From NCBI GenBank assembly GCA_964468315.1, contig CAYXTA010000001.1, positions 193 to 64,192 on the forward strand: a stretch of DNA of 64,000 bases, given 5' to 3'. A program made the position numbers and the translations under genes. Origin of the DNA: an uncultured Candidatus Saccharibacteria bacterium. Its GTDB lineage: Bacteria > Patescibacteriota > Minisyncoccia > Phycocordibacterales > UBA9973. The notes beneath the pieces are model-generated. The model was not told the DNA's origin. It searched no databases and saw only the letters and a program-made list of their open reading frames with translations. The stretch's first letter is position 1. Every line of letters begins with the position of its first letter. Of the stretch, positions 1 through 9,346 are shown piece by piece.

Positions 1-820
1 TTTCCATTACAGAAAGTATTGAATTTGCATTTTGAATTGGCATTTTCATTGCACGAATAAGATCGTCTCTTTCGATTGGTTCACGAAGCAAATCCACAAC
101 GATTTTTTCTTCAGGTGATAAATCTTCAAAGAGTTTCATTTGTTTGTCTTCATTATCAGGTAAATCAAAACCGAGAGCTTCGAGTACATCTTCTGCACAA
201 GTTATCGGTGTTGCTCCTTGTCTTAATAATTTATTTGTTCCTTTTGAACTTGGAGAAAAAACAGATCCTGGAATTGCTAATACATCACGATTGTATTCTG
301 TCGCAAGTCGAGCTGTGATAAGTGTTCCAGATTTTTCTTCTGCTTCTATTATGAGTGTTGCTTTGCAAAGTCCTGCCATAAGTCTGTTTCTCATTGGGAA
401 ACTCCAGTGTGTCGCTTTGAAATCTGGTTCAAATTCTGATACAAGGCATCCACCACTATTTATTATTTCTTCTATCATTCGAACATTTGTTTTTGGATAC
501 ATTGCTTCTTTGGATAAACCTGAACCAGGGAATACTATAGTATGTAAATTATTTTTCATTGCTCTTTTGTGTGCAATTGTGTCGATACCCATAGCAAAAC
601 CAGATACGATGACAACTGGGTAACCTTTGAGACCATCAATTATTTTTTCACAAATATCACGTCCATAATAAGTGAAACGCCTAGATCCGACTACACATAA
701 ATAAACTTGATCTTCGACTTCTTCTGGCCAGTCGCCACAAATCCAGAGTTCTTTTGGTGGCTGGGGAATTTCTAAGAGAGCTTGAGGAAATTTTTCTTTT
801 GAAAGTTTTTTTATTTCCAT
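1..820 (-). CDS. dprA: DNA processing protein DprA (Smf), C-terminally truncated by window edge
   Basis: Minus-strand translation from the ATG complementary to 818-820 gives MEIKKLSKEK...VVGSRRFTYYGRDI...VVIVSGFAMGIDTIAHKRAM...LIIEAEEKSGTLITARLA, a DprA Rossmann-like domain signature. Plus-strand ORFs 76..318 and 144..623 are antisense shadows. Confidence 0.8.
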   Translation of the reverse strand, partial: MEIKKLSKEKFPQALLEIPQPPKELWICGDWPEEVEDQVYLCVVGSRRFTYYGRDICEKIIDGLKGYPVVIVSGFAMGIDTIAHKRAMKNNLHTIVFPGSGLSKEAMYPKTNVRMIEEIINSGGCLVSEFEPDFKATHWSFPMRNRLMAGLCKATLIIEAEEKSGTLITARLATEYNRDVLAIPGSVFSPSSKGTNKLLRQGATPITCAEDVLEALGFDLPDNEDKQMKLFEDLSPEEKIVVDLLREPIERDDLIRAMKMPIQNANSILSVME

Positions 821-833
821 AAAATTTTATTAC

Positions 834-897
834 GCCTTAAATGATTTACTCAGGTCCTCGGGGTAAGTCACCAGACCATTCGTAAATCATTTAAGGC
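834..897. promoter_or_regulatory. 15-bp perfect inverted repeat hairpin in divergent dprA/serS intergenic region
   Basis: gccttaaatgatttac (834-849) pairs with gtaaatcatttaaggc (882-897), enclosing 32 nt that include ggtcctcgggg. No trailing T-run. Confidence 0.4.
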
Positions 898-939
898 TAC
901 ATTTGATAATTATACTAATTTTAGTATATAATTAAAATT

Positions 940-2208
940 ATGCTAGATATTAAATTTATACGTGAAAATAAGGATATAGTACAAGCAGGAGCTGTCAAAA
1001 AACAGATAGATTTGAATATTGATAGACTTATCGCACTCGACGATGAAAGATTAAAAGCTTTAAAAGAAGTGGAAGAACTTCGCACAGAAGTAAACAGAGT
1101 TTCAAATGATATTGCTCGTGATCAAGACCCAGCTTTGAAAGTACAACTCATTGAAGAGATGCGTATTGTAAAAGAAGAAATAAAATCAAAAGAAGAAAAT
1201 TTGAAACTTATAATGGAAGATTGGCAGAAGATGATGATACAAGTTCCAAACGTTCCCGACATGACCGTCCCAGATGGAAAAAGTGATGAAGATAATGTTG
1301 AAGTTCGTTCTTGGGGAGAAAAACCAGTTTTTAATTTTACCCCAAAGAATCATATAGAACTTATGGAAAATTTGGATATGGTGGATTTTGATAGAGGTGT
1401 AAAAGTCTCAGGTTTCCGTGGATACTTTATGAAAAATGAAGGAGCGACTCTTTTCTTTGCACTTTGGCAATATTTTTTAAATTATTTTATTGAACAAGGT
1501 TATACCCCAATGATCGTGCCTTCTCTTGTTCGTAAAGAATCACTCATCGGTACAGGTATGCTTCCTCAGTCAGAAGAAGATTTGTATAAGGTTGGAGAAA
1601 ATGAATATCTCGCAGGTACAGCTGAAGTAGCAACTATGGGCTATTATATGAATGAAGTTTTAGATAAAAAAGATTTACCAAAAAAGTTTATTTCTTTTTC
1701 TCCTTGTTTTCGTGCAGAAGCAGGTAAGCACGGCAAAGACGTAAAAGGTATCATACGTGTTCATGAATTTTTCAAAATAGAACAAGTAATCCTTACAGAA
1801 GCTTCACACGAAGAATCTGTAAAATGGCATGAAGAGATAACTGCTCACGTAGAAAAATTGATGCAAGATTTGAAATTACCATATCATGTCGTTGTAAACT
1901 GTGGCGGAGATCTTGGTCTTGGACAAGTAAAGAAATACGACATAGAAGCCTGGATGCCTTCACAAGAAAAATTTAGAGAAACACATTCATCTAGTTATTT
2001 TCATGATTTTCAGACTCGTCGTTTAAATATTCGTTATAAAGATGATGAAGGTAAGTTGCGTTTTGTTCACTCACTAAACAATACAGCTTGTGCTACATCA
2101 CGTCTTCCTGCTTCTCTTGTGGAGAATTATCAACAAGAAGATGGATCTATCATTATCCCTGAAGTATTGCGTAAATATATGGGAGGCAAAGATCGTATCT
2201 CTAAATAA
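940..2208 (+). CDS. serS: seryl-tRNA synthetase
   Basis: 422 aa with N-terminal coiled-coil arm and class II core (FRAEAGKHGKDVKGIIRVHEF, GGDLGLGQ, ATSR). Length typical. Confidence 0.92.
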   Translation: MLDIKFIRENKDIVQAGAVKKQIDLNIDRLIALDDERLKALKEVEELRTEVNRVSNDIARDQDPALKVQLIEEMRIVKEEIKSKEENLKLIMEDWQKMMIQVPNVPDMTVPDGKSDEDNVEVRSWGEKPVFNFTPKNHIELMENLDMVDFDRGVKVSGFRGYFMKNEGATLFFALWQYFLNYFIEQGYTPMIVPSLVRKESLIGTGMLPQSEEDLYKVGENEYLAGTAEVATMGYYMNEVLDKKDLPKKFISFSPCFRAEAGKHGKDVKGIIRVHEFFKIEQVILTEASHEESVKWHEEITAHVEKLMQDLKLPYHVVVNCGGDLGLGQVKKYDIEAWMPSQEKFRETHSSSYFHDFQTRRLNIRYKDDEGKLRFVHSLNNTACATSRLPASLVENYQQEDGSIIIPEVLRKYMGGKDRISK

Positions 2209-3053
2209 TGAGGAAAGAACATATTTTAAATTCTCCACGCTTTGAGGAGTATAAAAAGAAAAAAAGCAAAAACTTAAGAAAAAAAGTTTATCTTATTTTG
2301 TTTTTATTTTTGGTTATATTTATCTCTTTAGTTTTTATCTCTCGTATTAAAAAAATAAATATAGATCAAATAATCGTGACAGGTAATAAAGTTGTCGACA
2401 CAAAAGATATTGAAAACATTGCACAACAAAAATTAGACCAAAAATATATTTGGCTTTTTCCAAAATCAAATGCTTTTATTTATCCAGAGAAAAGTATAAA
2501 AAACAATTTACTGACAAATTATAAACGCCTGACAGATGTGGATTTGAAAGTGAAAGATAATAAAATTTTGGAAATATTTGTGAAAGAGAGAGAAGGGAAG
2601 TACATTTGGTGTGGAGATATAAAACCAGTGGAAAATACTTTGGATCAAAAATGTTATTTTTCAGATTCTGAAGGATATATTTTCGACACTGCACCCTATT
2701 TCTCTGACGGAGTGTATTTGAAACTTTATGGAAAGATAAATAATGAAAACAAAATAGGGACTTATTTTGTTCCAGAGAGTTTTAAAAACATTATTCATTT
2801 TAAAGATTTGGTAGAAAAAATGGATTTGAAAATACGTTCAGTATCAATACAAGAAAATAAAGATATGAATATGTATCTTTCTAGTGGCGCAGAAATACGT
2901 TTCAATTCTCTCTCTGATGTAGAAAAATTGTCTCAGAGTTTACAGGCTGCAATTATCACCCCACCGTTTAGTACTGATTTTAAAAATAACCCGTCTTCAC
3001 TTTTGTATATTGACCTAAGGTTCGGAAATAAAGTATATTTCAAGTTCAAATAA
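2208..3053 (+). CDS. FtsQ/DivIB-like cell division protein (POTRA domain), single N-terminal transmembrane (TM) helix
   Basis: 281 aa. Basic N-terminus, one TM helix, then IDQIIVTGNKVV...ILEIFVKEREGKYIW, resembling the FtsQ POTRA region. Confidence 0.55.
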   Translation: MRKEHILNSPRFEEYKKKKSKNLRKKVYLILFLFLVIFISLVFISRIKKINIDQIIVTGNKVVDTKDIENIAQQKLDQKYIWLFPKSNAFIYPEKSIKNNLLTNYKRLTDVDLKVKDNKILEIFVKEREGKYIWCGDIKPVENTLDQKCYFSDSEGYIFDTAPYFSDGVYLKLYGKINNENKIGTYFVPESFKNIIHFKDLVEKMDLKIRSVSIQENKDMNMYLSSGAEIRFNSLSDVEKLSQSLQAAIITPPFSTDFKNNPSSLLYIDLRFGNKVYFKFK

Positions 3054-3054
3054 T

Positions 3055-4035
3055 ATGAATAATTTTTGGAAAAAATTAAATAAACCCTTTTTTGTCCTTG
3101 CACCTATGGCGGATGTGACTGATTGTGCTTTTAGACAAATAATTGCTAAGTATTCACGACATAGTGAAAATGCCGGTGGCCCGGATGTTTTTTGGACGGA
3201 ATTCGTCTCTGCTGATGGTCTCGCTCATAGAGATGCTCGAGAAAAACTTCTTATTGATTTGAAATTTGAAAAAAATGAACGACCTATAGTCGCACAGATT
3301 TTCGGATCTAATATTGAAAATATTCGTGAAGCTTCGAAACTTTGCGCAGAGCTTGGTTTTGATGGTATTGATATAAATATGGGTTGCCCTGACAAATCTA
3401 TCGAGAAGCAAGGAGCCGGAGCATCTAGTATGAAGAATCCAGCTCATGCTAGAGAAATAATTCGTGCTGCGAAAGAAGGTGCACCGAATTTGCCAATATC
3501 TGTAAAAACTCGTATTGGTTATAATAAAAATGAAATTGAAACTTGGATACCAGAAATTTTAAAAGAAGGTGTCGCTGTGCTCACTGTGCATTTGCGTACT
3601 AGAAAAGAAATGTCTCTTGTACCAGCACATTGGGATTTGATGCCACAAATCTTAGCACTAAGAGATAAAATCGCACCTGAGACTTTGATAATAGGGAACG
3701 GTGATATTTTAAATATTGAAGACGCAAAAGAAAAAATAAAAACATCTGGTTGTGATGGAGCGATGCTCGGTAGAGCAATATTTGGTAACCCTTGGCTTTT
3801 TGATGAAAATAAAAAAGAAATTTCTATAAAAGAAAAATTAGAAGTTATGTGTGAACACACAAAACTTTTTGAAGAAATGCTAGGTGGTCATAAAAATTTT
3901 GCAATTATGAAAAAACACTACAAAGCGTATTGTAATGATTTCAGGGGAGCGAAAGAACTACGTGTGAAACTCATGGAAGCAGAAAATGCTGGGGAAGTAG
4001 AGTCTATTGTGAAAGACTTTTTGTCTACTCAATAA
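3055..4035 (+). CDS. dus: tRNA-dihydrouridine synthase
   Basis: LAPMADVTDCAFRQII, INMGCP, and TVHLRTRKEMS motifs of the Dus TIM-barrel family. Confidence 0.85.
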   Translation: MNNFWKKLNKPFFVLAPMADVTDCAFRQIIAKYSRHSENAGGPDVFWTEFVSADGLAHRDAREKLLIDLKFEKNERPIVAQIFGSNIENIREASKLCAELGFDGIDINMGCPDKSIEKQGAGASSMKNPAHAREIIRAAKEGAPNLPISVKTRIGYNKNEIETWIPEILKEGVAVLTVHLRTRKEMSLVPAHWDLMPQILALRDKIAPETLIIGNGDILNIEDAKEKIKTSGCDGAMLGRAIFGNPWLFDENKKEISIKEKLEVMCEHTKLFEEMLGGHKNFAIMKKHYKAYCNDFRGAKELRVKLMEAENAGEVESIVKDFLSTQ

Positions 4036-4093
4036 TCTTTGACAAATATATTTTTTGTTATATAATGGGAAAAACCTTAAAAACCCAATATAG

Positions 4094-4849
4094 ATGAATA
4101 TAAAACAGCAAATCAAAAATTTGTTGGCTCCTTATATAAAAAACAATTCAATTGTTGATACTTTTATTGAAAATACTAAACAAAAAAATTGTTTTAAATG
4201 TAAGGTATTCTTCCTTTATAAAAAGGAAGTAAAGCCGACTATTGAATTACAAGTTTCTTTTATTTGTAATTTTTCCGAAGAACCTTGTAACTTACCAAAT
4301 ATAAATGAAAGTGATATTTACAATCAAGGTTCAAGCTTCTCTTCTTTCTTTGAAAGAATTATAAAAAATAGAATACGTGGAGCTGAAAGAGAAATTTTAG
4401 CTATTAAATTATTAAAAGAACTTGTCGGTAAAGAAATTTCTAGTAAAGTTCCGAATTTAAAAATTACAAAAGTTCTTGCTCCAACAGAATACGCAGACTC
4501 TACTTTAAAAGTAGATGTTTGGGTTATTTTGAATTTTGATTATAGGGGTAAGTTTGATGGATTTGATGGTTTGTCTAGTACAATTGTCGGTATCCAAATA
4601 AAAAGTTCTTCTTGGTATCAAAATATTCACAAACAAAAACATCCTTTCATTCCTTCAATAAATTGGAATGATAATATGACTGATGATGAATTTAAAAAAA
4701 CTGCTTGCAATCTTTTGCTTAATTTTTATAAATTTAGAATTCGTCAATTGTATTTGAATTTCTGTGAGCAAGGTGATACGCATAATAAAGGAATAAATGA
4801 TTTAATAGAAAGACAAATTGAGTTATCTGTCGAAAGTTTGCATTTATGA
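4094..4849 (+). CDS. hypothetical protein
   Basis: 251-aa ORF with no recognisable family. Weak D...QIK pattern (DVWVILNFD...IVGIQIKSS) hints at a restriction-endonuclease-like fold. Confidence 0.45.
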   Translation: MNIKQQIKNLLAPYIKNNSIVDTFIENTKQKNCFKCKVFFLYKKEVKPTIELQVSFICNFSEEPCNLPNINESDIYNQGSSFSSFFERIIKNRIRGAEREILAIKLLKELVGKEISSKVPNLKITKVLAPTEYADSTLKVDVWVILNFDYRGKFDGFDGLSSTIVGIQIKSSSWYQNIHKQKHPFIPSINWNDNMTDDEFKKTACNLLLNFYKFRIRQLYLNFCEQGDTHNKGINDLIERQIELSVESLHL

Positions 4850-4853
4850 TAAA

Positions 4854-4886
4854 AGCCTCCAAAGTTGAAAAATGGAGGCTTTTTTA
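4854..4886 (+). terminator. rho-independent terminator
   Basis: Stem agcctcca / tggaggct followed by a T-run. Confidence 0.6.
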
Positions 4887-4916
4887 TTTTCCTATTTTTT
4901 CTGTTATAATTTGCAG

Positions 4917-5954
4917 ATGCAAGAATTAGCACTATATCGTAAATACAGACCGAAATCTTTTGACGAAGTTTTAGGGCAAGACCATATTACTAAAGTATTG
5001 GAAAGCTCTATTGATTCTGGAAAAGTTTCGCATGCGTATCTTTTCGTAGGTTCTCGTGGTACAGGCAAGACTTCTGTTGCTCGTATTTTTTCTCGTGCAC
5101 TTGGTATTTCTGATAATGATCTTTACGAAATAGATGCTGCTTCAAATAGAGGTATCGACGATATTCGTGAACTCCGCGACGGTGTGCGTGTACTTCCTTT
5201 TGATTCAAAATATAAAGTCTACATCATAGATGAAGTTCATATGCTTTCAAAAGATGCGTGGGGAGCATTGCTTAAGACTTTGGAAGAGCCACCAGCACAT
5301 GTGATATTTATTTTAGCAACGACAGAATTGCAAAAAGTCCCAGACACCATCGTCTCTCGTTGTCAGGTTTTTAATTTCAAAAAGCCAACAGATGTGATAC
5401 TCAAAGATATGATCCTAGAAACTGCAAAGAAAGAAGGATTTAAAATGGATACTAGTTCTGCAGAGCTTATCTCAATACTTGGTGATGGTTCATATCGTGA
5501 CACTTTAGGAGCTTTGCAAAAAGTTTTAAATTTCTCTGAAAGTAAAAATATAAAAAGGGAAGATATAGAAAATATCACTGGCGCCCCAAAGACTACATTA
5601 GTGAATGATTTCATATCTGCTATTGCCGAGAAAGATTTGGAGAGTGGTATCGCTACTGTAAGAAATGCATCGAAAGAGAATTTAGATATGAAACTTTTTG
5701 CAAAACTTATCATACAGAAATTCCGTATGGCGATAATATTAAAATATGCACCGAAGCTCGAAGCTGAAATGTCTGCAAATCTTTCGCCAGAAGATATTAC
5801 TTTCTTAAAAGAACTTTCAAAGAAAGATAAAGAGGGAATGATGCGTTCTCCTTCACTTTCAATACTTCTCGAAGCGTATCAAAATATTGATAAATCTTTT
5901 GTCTCAGAGCTTCCGCTTGAACTAGCTCTTATAAAAATCTTAGCAAAAGAATAA
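4917..5954 (+). CDS. dnaX: DNA polymerase III subunit gamma/tau (short form)
   Basis: YRPKSFDEVLGQDHI, Walker A GSRGTGKTS, and DEVHML. Start moved to ATG 4917 (MQELALYRK), downstream of a tataat at about 4902 and the terminator that overlaps the 4872 ATG. Confidence 0.85.
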   Translation: MQELALYRKYRPKSFDEVLGQDHITKVLESSIDSGKVSHAYLFVGSRGTGKTSVARIFSRALGISDNDLYEIDAASNRGIDDIRELRDGVRVLPFDSKYKVYIIDEVHMLSKDAWGALLKTLEEPPAHVIFILATTELQKVPDTIVSRCQVFNFKKPTDVILKDMILETAKKEGFKMDTSSAELISILGDGSYRDTLGALQKVLNFSESKNIKREDIENITGAPKTTLVNDFISAIAEKDLESGIATVRNASKENLDMKLFAKLIIQKFRMAIILKYAPKLEAEMSANLSPEDITFLKELSKKDKEGMMRSPSLSILLEAYQNIDKSFVSELPLELALIKILAKE

Positions 5955-5957
5955 AAA

Positions 5958-5990
5958 TAAAAAACCTTATTCTTTTGAATAAGGTTTTTA
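5958..5990. terminator. bidirectional terminator hairpin between dnaX and convergent gene
   Basis: aaaccttattc tttt gaataaggttt flanked by an A-run and a T-run. Confidence 0.6.
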
Positions 5991-6007
5991 GGTTAGGCTT
6001 CATTGTA

Positions 6008-6547
6008 TTAATGGCTTTCTTTTTTTGGATCTTTCTCAGCTTGTATTACCGCTGGTGGTTTCTGGTCGTAATATTGATGAAACACTCTTTTGTCATGATG
6101 ATGTATTATTCTTTCATTATTACTATTTTTTATTTTGTCTAATAAACCGATAATAAATAAAATAATTGCACCCAATAAAAAAGCAACAAGTATATTCCAA
6201 GTTTCGAAACCATCATTTTGCACCGGCACATAGTAATTTTGATTTTGCATTCCACAATTATTATTTCTTTGGCACTGGGCCGGATTGATAATAGTAGTTG
6301 GATTACATTCAATATACACTCCATTGGCACCCGGCAATCTTTTTGGCGATTCCTGTTTTGTTACCGGAAAAGTGGGGCAGGGAGGGCAAGGAGTTTTCTC
6401 ATGATGCCATGTGTCCTGACTTACTTTCGGATTTGCAACTTGATATTCATTTTTACTTTGAGCTTTCACAAATATGTTCGAAAACATTATTGCTGTAATA
6501 ATAACTGCCGCTGCAGCAAGTCGTGGTAAAAAATCATTTTTTCTCAT
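6008..6547 (-). CDS. hypothetical secreted/membrane-anchored protein (signal peptide, Cys-rich, C-terminal TM)
   Basis: 179 aa. N-terminal hydrophobic signal, CPPCP and several other Cys, and a C-terminal hydrophobic helix. Confidence 0.45.
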   Translation of the reverse strand: MRKNDFLPRLAAAAVIITAIMFSNIFVKAQSKNEYQVANPKVSQDTWHHEKTPCPPCPTFPVTKQESPKRLPGANGVYIECNPTTIINPAQCQRNNNCGMQNQNYYVPVQNDGFETWNILVAFLLGAIILFIIGLLDKIKNSNNERIIHHHDKRVFHQYYDQKPPAVIQAEKDPKKESH

Positions 6548-6694
6548 TGTTATTAAGTTTTTTAAGAACTAGATCGTTAGGTCACTAGTCTGAATATAGT
6601 ATAGCATATTATGTACTTTTGTCAAGTACTATTAAAAATAGCCCATAAACTTGCTTTTTAAGCATTTTTAGGTGAAAATAGTAAATGTTTATAT

Positions 6695-6765
6695 TGGGAG
6701 ATCGTCTAACGGTAGGACAGAGGCCTTTGAAGCCTTTAATTGGGGTTCGATTCCCTATCTCCCAG
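6695..6765 (+). tRNA. tRNA-Gln (anticodon TTG)
   Basis: Cloverleaf: acceptor tgggaga/tctccca, T-loop ttcgatt, anticodon loop ctTTGaa. Confidence 0.8.
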
Positions 6766-6771
6766 CAAAAT

Positions 6772-7353
6772 ATGGCTAATGAATATATTGTAATTACTCA
6801 AATTTCTCAGATTAATAATTCCTTAAAAACTTTAGTTCAATCTGGAGATCATGTTTATTTTATTAAAGATATTTTATTACCTTTAATAATCTCCTTCTTT
6901 ACTTTCAGTCTATCTCTATTATTTGGTTTTCTTGTTTTGAAAAGAAGGCCTAATTTTAAAGTGTTCCATGTTCAAAAAAATATAGATATTACAAGTCAAG
7001 AATTTTCTAAAGAAGTAGTTATCAATTTAAACGGGGCAATCTCAACAGATTTTGAATTTTCTATAAAACCAGAACTCAAATTCCCACTATTTTATTCAAG
7101 TAAAAATTCTAAGTGTAGAATCCAGTTAGTAGATAAAGAAAATTTGTTAATGTTTCCTTTGTTAGATAAACTTCCTGGTTTGCCATTAAGATATAAGATT
7201 GATCCTTTTGAAATAGAAGAACCAAATATTATCAAGCATTTTTCATTTTTGATATCTCCAGAAAAAACTTTCGAAAAATATACTTTGTATTTATGGATTT
7301 ATTTTCGAGGTAAAAAATTTGAAGAAAAACTTATTGTTTCAATTTATAAATAG
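6772..7353 (+). CDS. hypothetical membrane protein
   Basis: ORF 6685..7353 trimmed to ATG 6772 (MANEYIV) because the upstream part overlaps tRNA-Gln. One TM segment. Confidence 0.45.
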   Translation: MANEYIVITQISQINNSLKTLVQSGDHVYFIKDILLPLIISFFTFSLSLLFGFLVLKRRPNFKVFHVQKNIDITSQEFSKEVVINLNGAISTDFEFSIKPELKFPLFYSSKNSKCRIQLVDKENLLMFPLLDKLPGLPLRYKIDPFEIEEPNIIKHFSFLISPEKTFEKYTLYLWIYFRGKKFEEKLIVSIYK

Positions 7354-7378
7354 TATTTAATTCTGCTATAATACAACT

Positions 7379-7669
7379 ATGAAAAAACCAATTTATTATG
7401 CATTAGGGGCGGTGGGTTATATTGTTTTAATAGTTCTTGGAGTAAATTCAACTACACATTTTCCACAAAAAGAGACGATTATTATTCCTATGATAATGCT
7501 TAGTTTATTTGTATTGTCTGCTGCTGTGATGGGATTTTTATTTTTATCTGAACCACTTCGTCTTTTTATGGAAAATAAAAAACAAGAAGCTCTTAAATTC
7601 TTTTTAAAAGTTTTAGGAATCTTTGCCTGCTTTGTCGCTATTTTTGTAATAATACTTTTGCTAATTTAA
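7379..7669 (+). CDS. small integral membrane protein
   Basis: 96 aa with three hydrophobic helices. Confidence 0.45.
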   Translation: MKKPIYYALGAVGYIVLIVLGVNSTTHFPQKETIIIPMIMLSLFVLSAAVMGFLFLSEPLRLFMENKKQEALKFFLKVLGIFACFVAIFVIILLLI

Positions 7670-7702
7670 ACTTTTTGATTGTGCTATAATGTTTTCATAT
7701 AT

Positions 7703-8833
7703 ATGAATAAATTTTTTAAACAATTCAGCAAATTACGGCTGGTGTCTCTATTTCTTTTTACTACACTTGTCGTAGTGGTGACATTTTATTTTGGAAATAT
7801 TTTTCCTATAAAATACGATCAAGCAAATGATATATTGGAAAAGAAAGAAATTGTGAAAAAAATTCCTCCACTCGATACAGCACTTTATGATTTAAAAATG
7901 AATGAATTAGCAAACAACCCTGTCGTCGTAGCAGTAGAGAATACTGTAAAAACAACTACTCCTGCAACAACCACAAACCAAGCACCAGCAAAACCCGTCG
8001 AAGTAAAGCCAAATCTTTGGCCTGTGAAGACTGCGTACCCAAATGCAGGAGCAATACTTCCTTTTAGTAGAGTTGTTGCATATTATGGTAATTTCTATTC
8101 AAAAAAAATGGGAGCATTAGGTGAATACCCAGAAGATGAAATGCTTGCAAAGCTCACAGCAGAAGCAAAAAAATGGGAAGAAGCAGATCCAAATACTAAA
8201 GTAATTCCTGCTATACATTACATAACAGTAACAGCACAGGGTAGTGCTGGTAAAGACGGTAAGTATCGTTTGCGTATGCCAGATAGCCAAATAGATAAAG
8301 CATTGGCAATGGCAAAAAAAATAAATGGAATTGTTTTTTTGGATGTACAAGTGGCACTCAGTGATTTGCAAAGTGAACTTCCACCGCTTGAAAAATATTT
8401 GAAAATGCCAGAAGTACATCTTGGTATCGATCCAGAATTTTCAATGAAGACAGGTAAGAAACCAGGAAGCGTGATTGGAAGTTTCGATGCAGTAGATATT
8501 AATTATACTGCAGAATTTTTAGCACGAATTGTAAAAGAAAATAATTTAACACCAAAGATTTTAATAATACATCGTTTCACTGGACCAATGGTTACAAATT
8601 ATAAAAATATAAAACCATTACCAGAAGTGCAGATAGTGATGGATATGGATGGATGGGGAATACAAGCAAGAAAGTTAAATACTTATAGAGAGGTAATATA
8701 CAAACAACCTGTTCAATTTGCTGGTTTCAAATTGTTTTATAAAAATGATTTTCGTGAACCAAATAGTAGAATACTGACACCAGCAGAAGTTTTGAAACTT
8801 CGACCAAAACCAATATACATTCAATATCAATAA
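7703..8833 (+). CDS. hypothetical exported protein (N-terminal TM/signal)
   Basis: Start trimmed to MNKFFKQF, because the ctataat -10-like box sits inside the 7679 extension. No confident family. Confidence 0.5.
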   Translation: MNKFFKQFSKLRLVSLFLFTTLVVVVTFYFGNIFPIKYDQANDILEKKEIVKKIPPLDTALYDLKMNELANNPVVVAVENTVKTTTPATTTNQAPAKPVEVKPNLWPVKTAYPNAGAILPFSRVVAYYGNFYSKKMGALGEYPEDEMLAKLTAEAKKWEEADPNTKVIPAIHYITVTAQGSAGKDGKYRLRMPDSQIDKALAMAKKINGIVFLDVQVALSDLQSELPPLEKYLKMPEVHLGIDPEFSMKTGKKPGSVIGSFDAVDINYTAEFLARIVKENNLTPKILIIHRFTGPMVTNYKNIKPLPEVQIVMDMDGWGIQARKLNTYREVIYKQPVQFAGFKLFYKNDFREPNSRILTPAEVLKLRPKPIYIQYQ

Positions 8834-8846
8834 TTTTTTATTTCTT

Positions 8847-9308
8847 ATGAGGCGTATTTTAAATAATATAAAAGAGCATCATGATGTAGCTCGCAAACAT
8901 TTAGATAAAAAGTTATTTTTACGAGTGGTTATTTTTATAATAATTTTTATCGTGATGGTTGGTTTGATTATTTTTAATGTTTTTGAAAACAAAATAGGGA
9001 TTCTTTTGGCGAGTTTTGGTTTTCTTTTGGGTTATACGATAGGTACACTCACTGGAAGAGTTTTTAAAATTCGTTGGAATAAAAAAGACAAAAAAGTCAT
9101 AGCCCGCATCGATGTGATAGGTTTTTTTATTTTAATTCCTTATTTAATTTTTACTTTTTTTAGAGATCAGATTTTAGAAAATTGGCTTCATGGAGTTTTG
9201 CTTACTGCTTTCACTTTCAGTCTTCTTGCAGGGATAATGCTCGGACGCGTAGTATATTTTTTTTCTCATATTAAAAAAACTTTAGGAGATAGAGGAATTT
9301 CTGTATAA
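8847..9308 (+). CDS. hypothetical membrane protein
   Basis: 153 aa with four hydrophobic helices. Confidence 0.45.
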   Translation: MRRILNNIKEHHDVARKHLDKKLFLRVVIFIIIFIVMVGLIIFNVFENKIGILLASFGFLLGYTIGTLTGRVFKIRWNKKDKKVIARIDVIGFFILIPYLIFTFFRDQILENWLHGVLLTAFTFSLLAGIMLGRVVYFFSHIKKTLGDRGISV

Positions 9309-9346
9309 AAGCTGAAATTTTATAGATTTTCTGCTAATATAATGCT

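Noticed and set aside
76-623. Plus-strand ORFs 76..318 and 144..623
   Set aside because: They lie antisense within the clear dprA coding region (minus strand) and have low-complexity, hydrophobic shadow-ORF composition.
6685-6771. 5' extension of ORF 6685..7353
   Set aside because: It overlaps tRNA-Gln (6695..6765) on the same strand, so the CDS was trimmed to ATG 6772.
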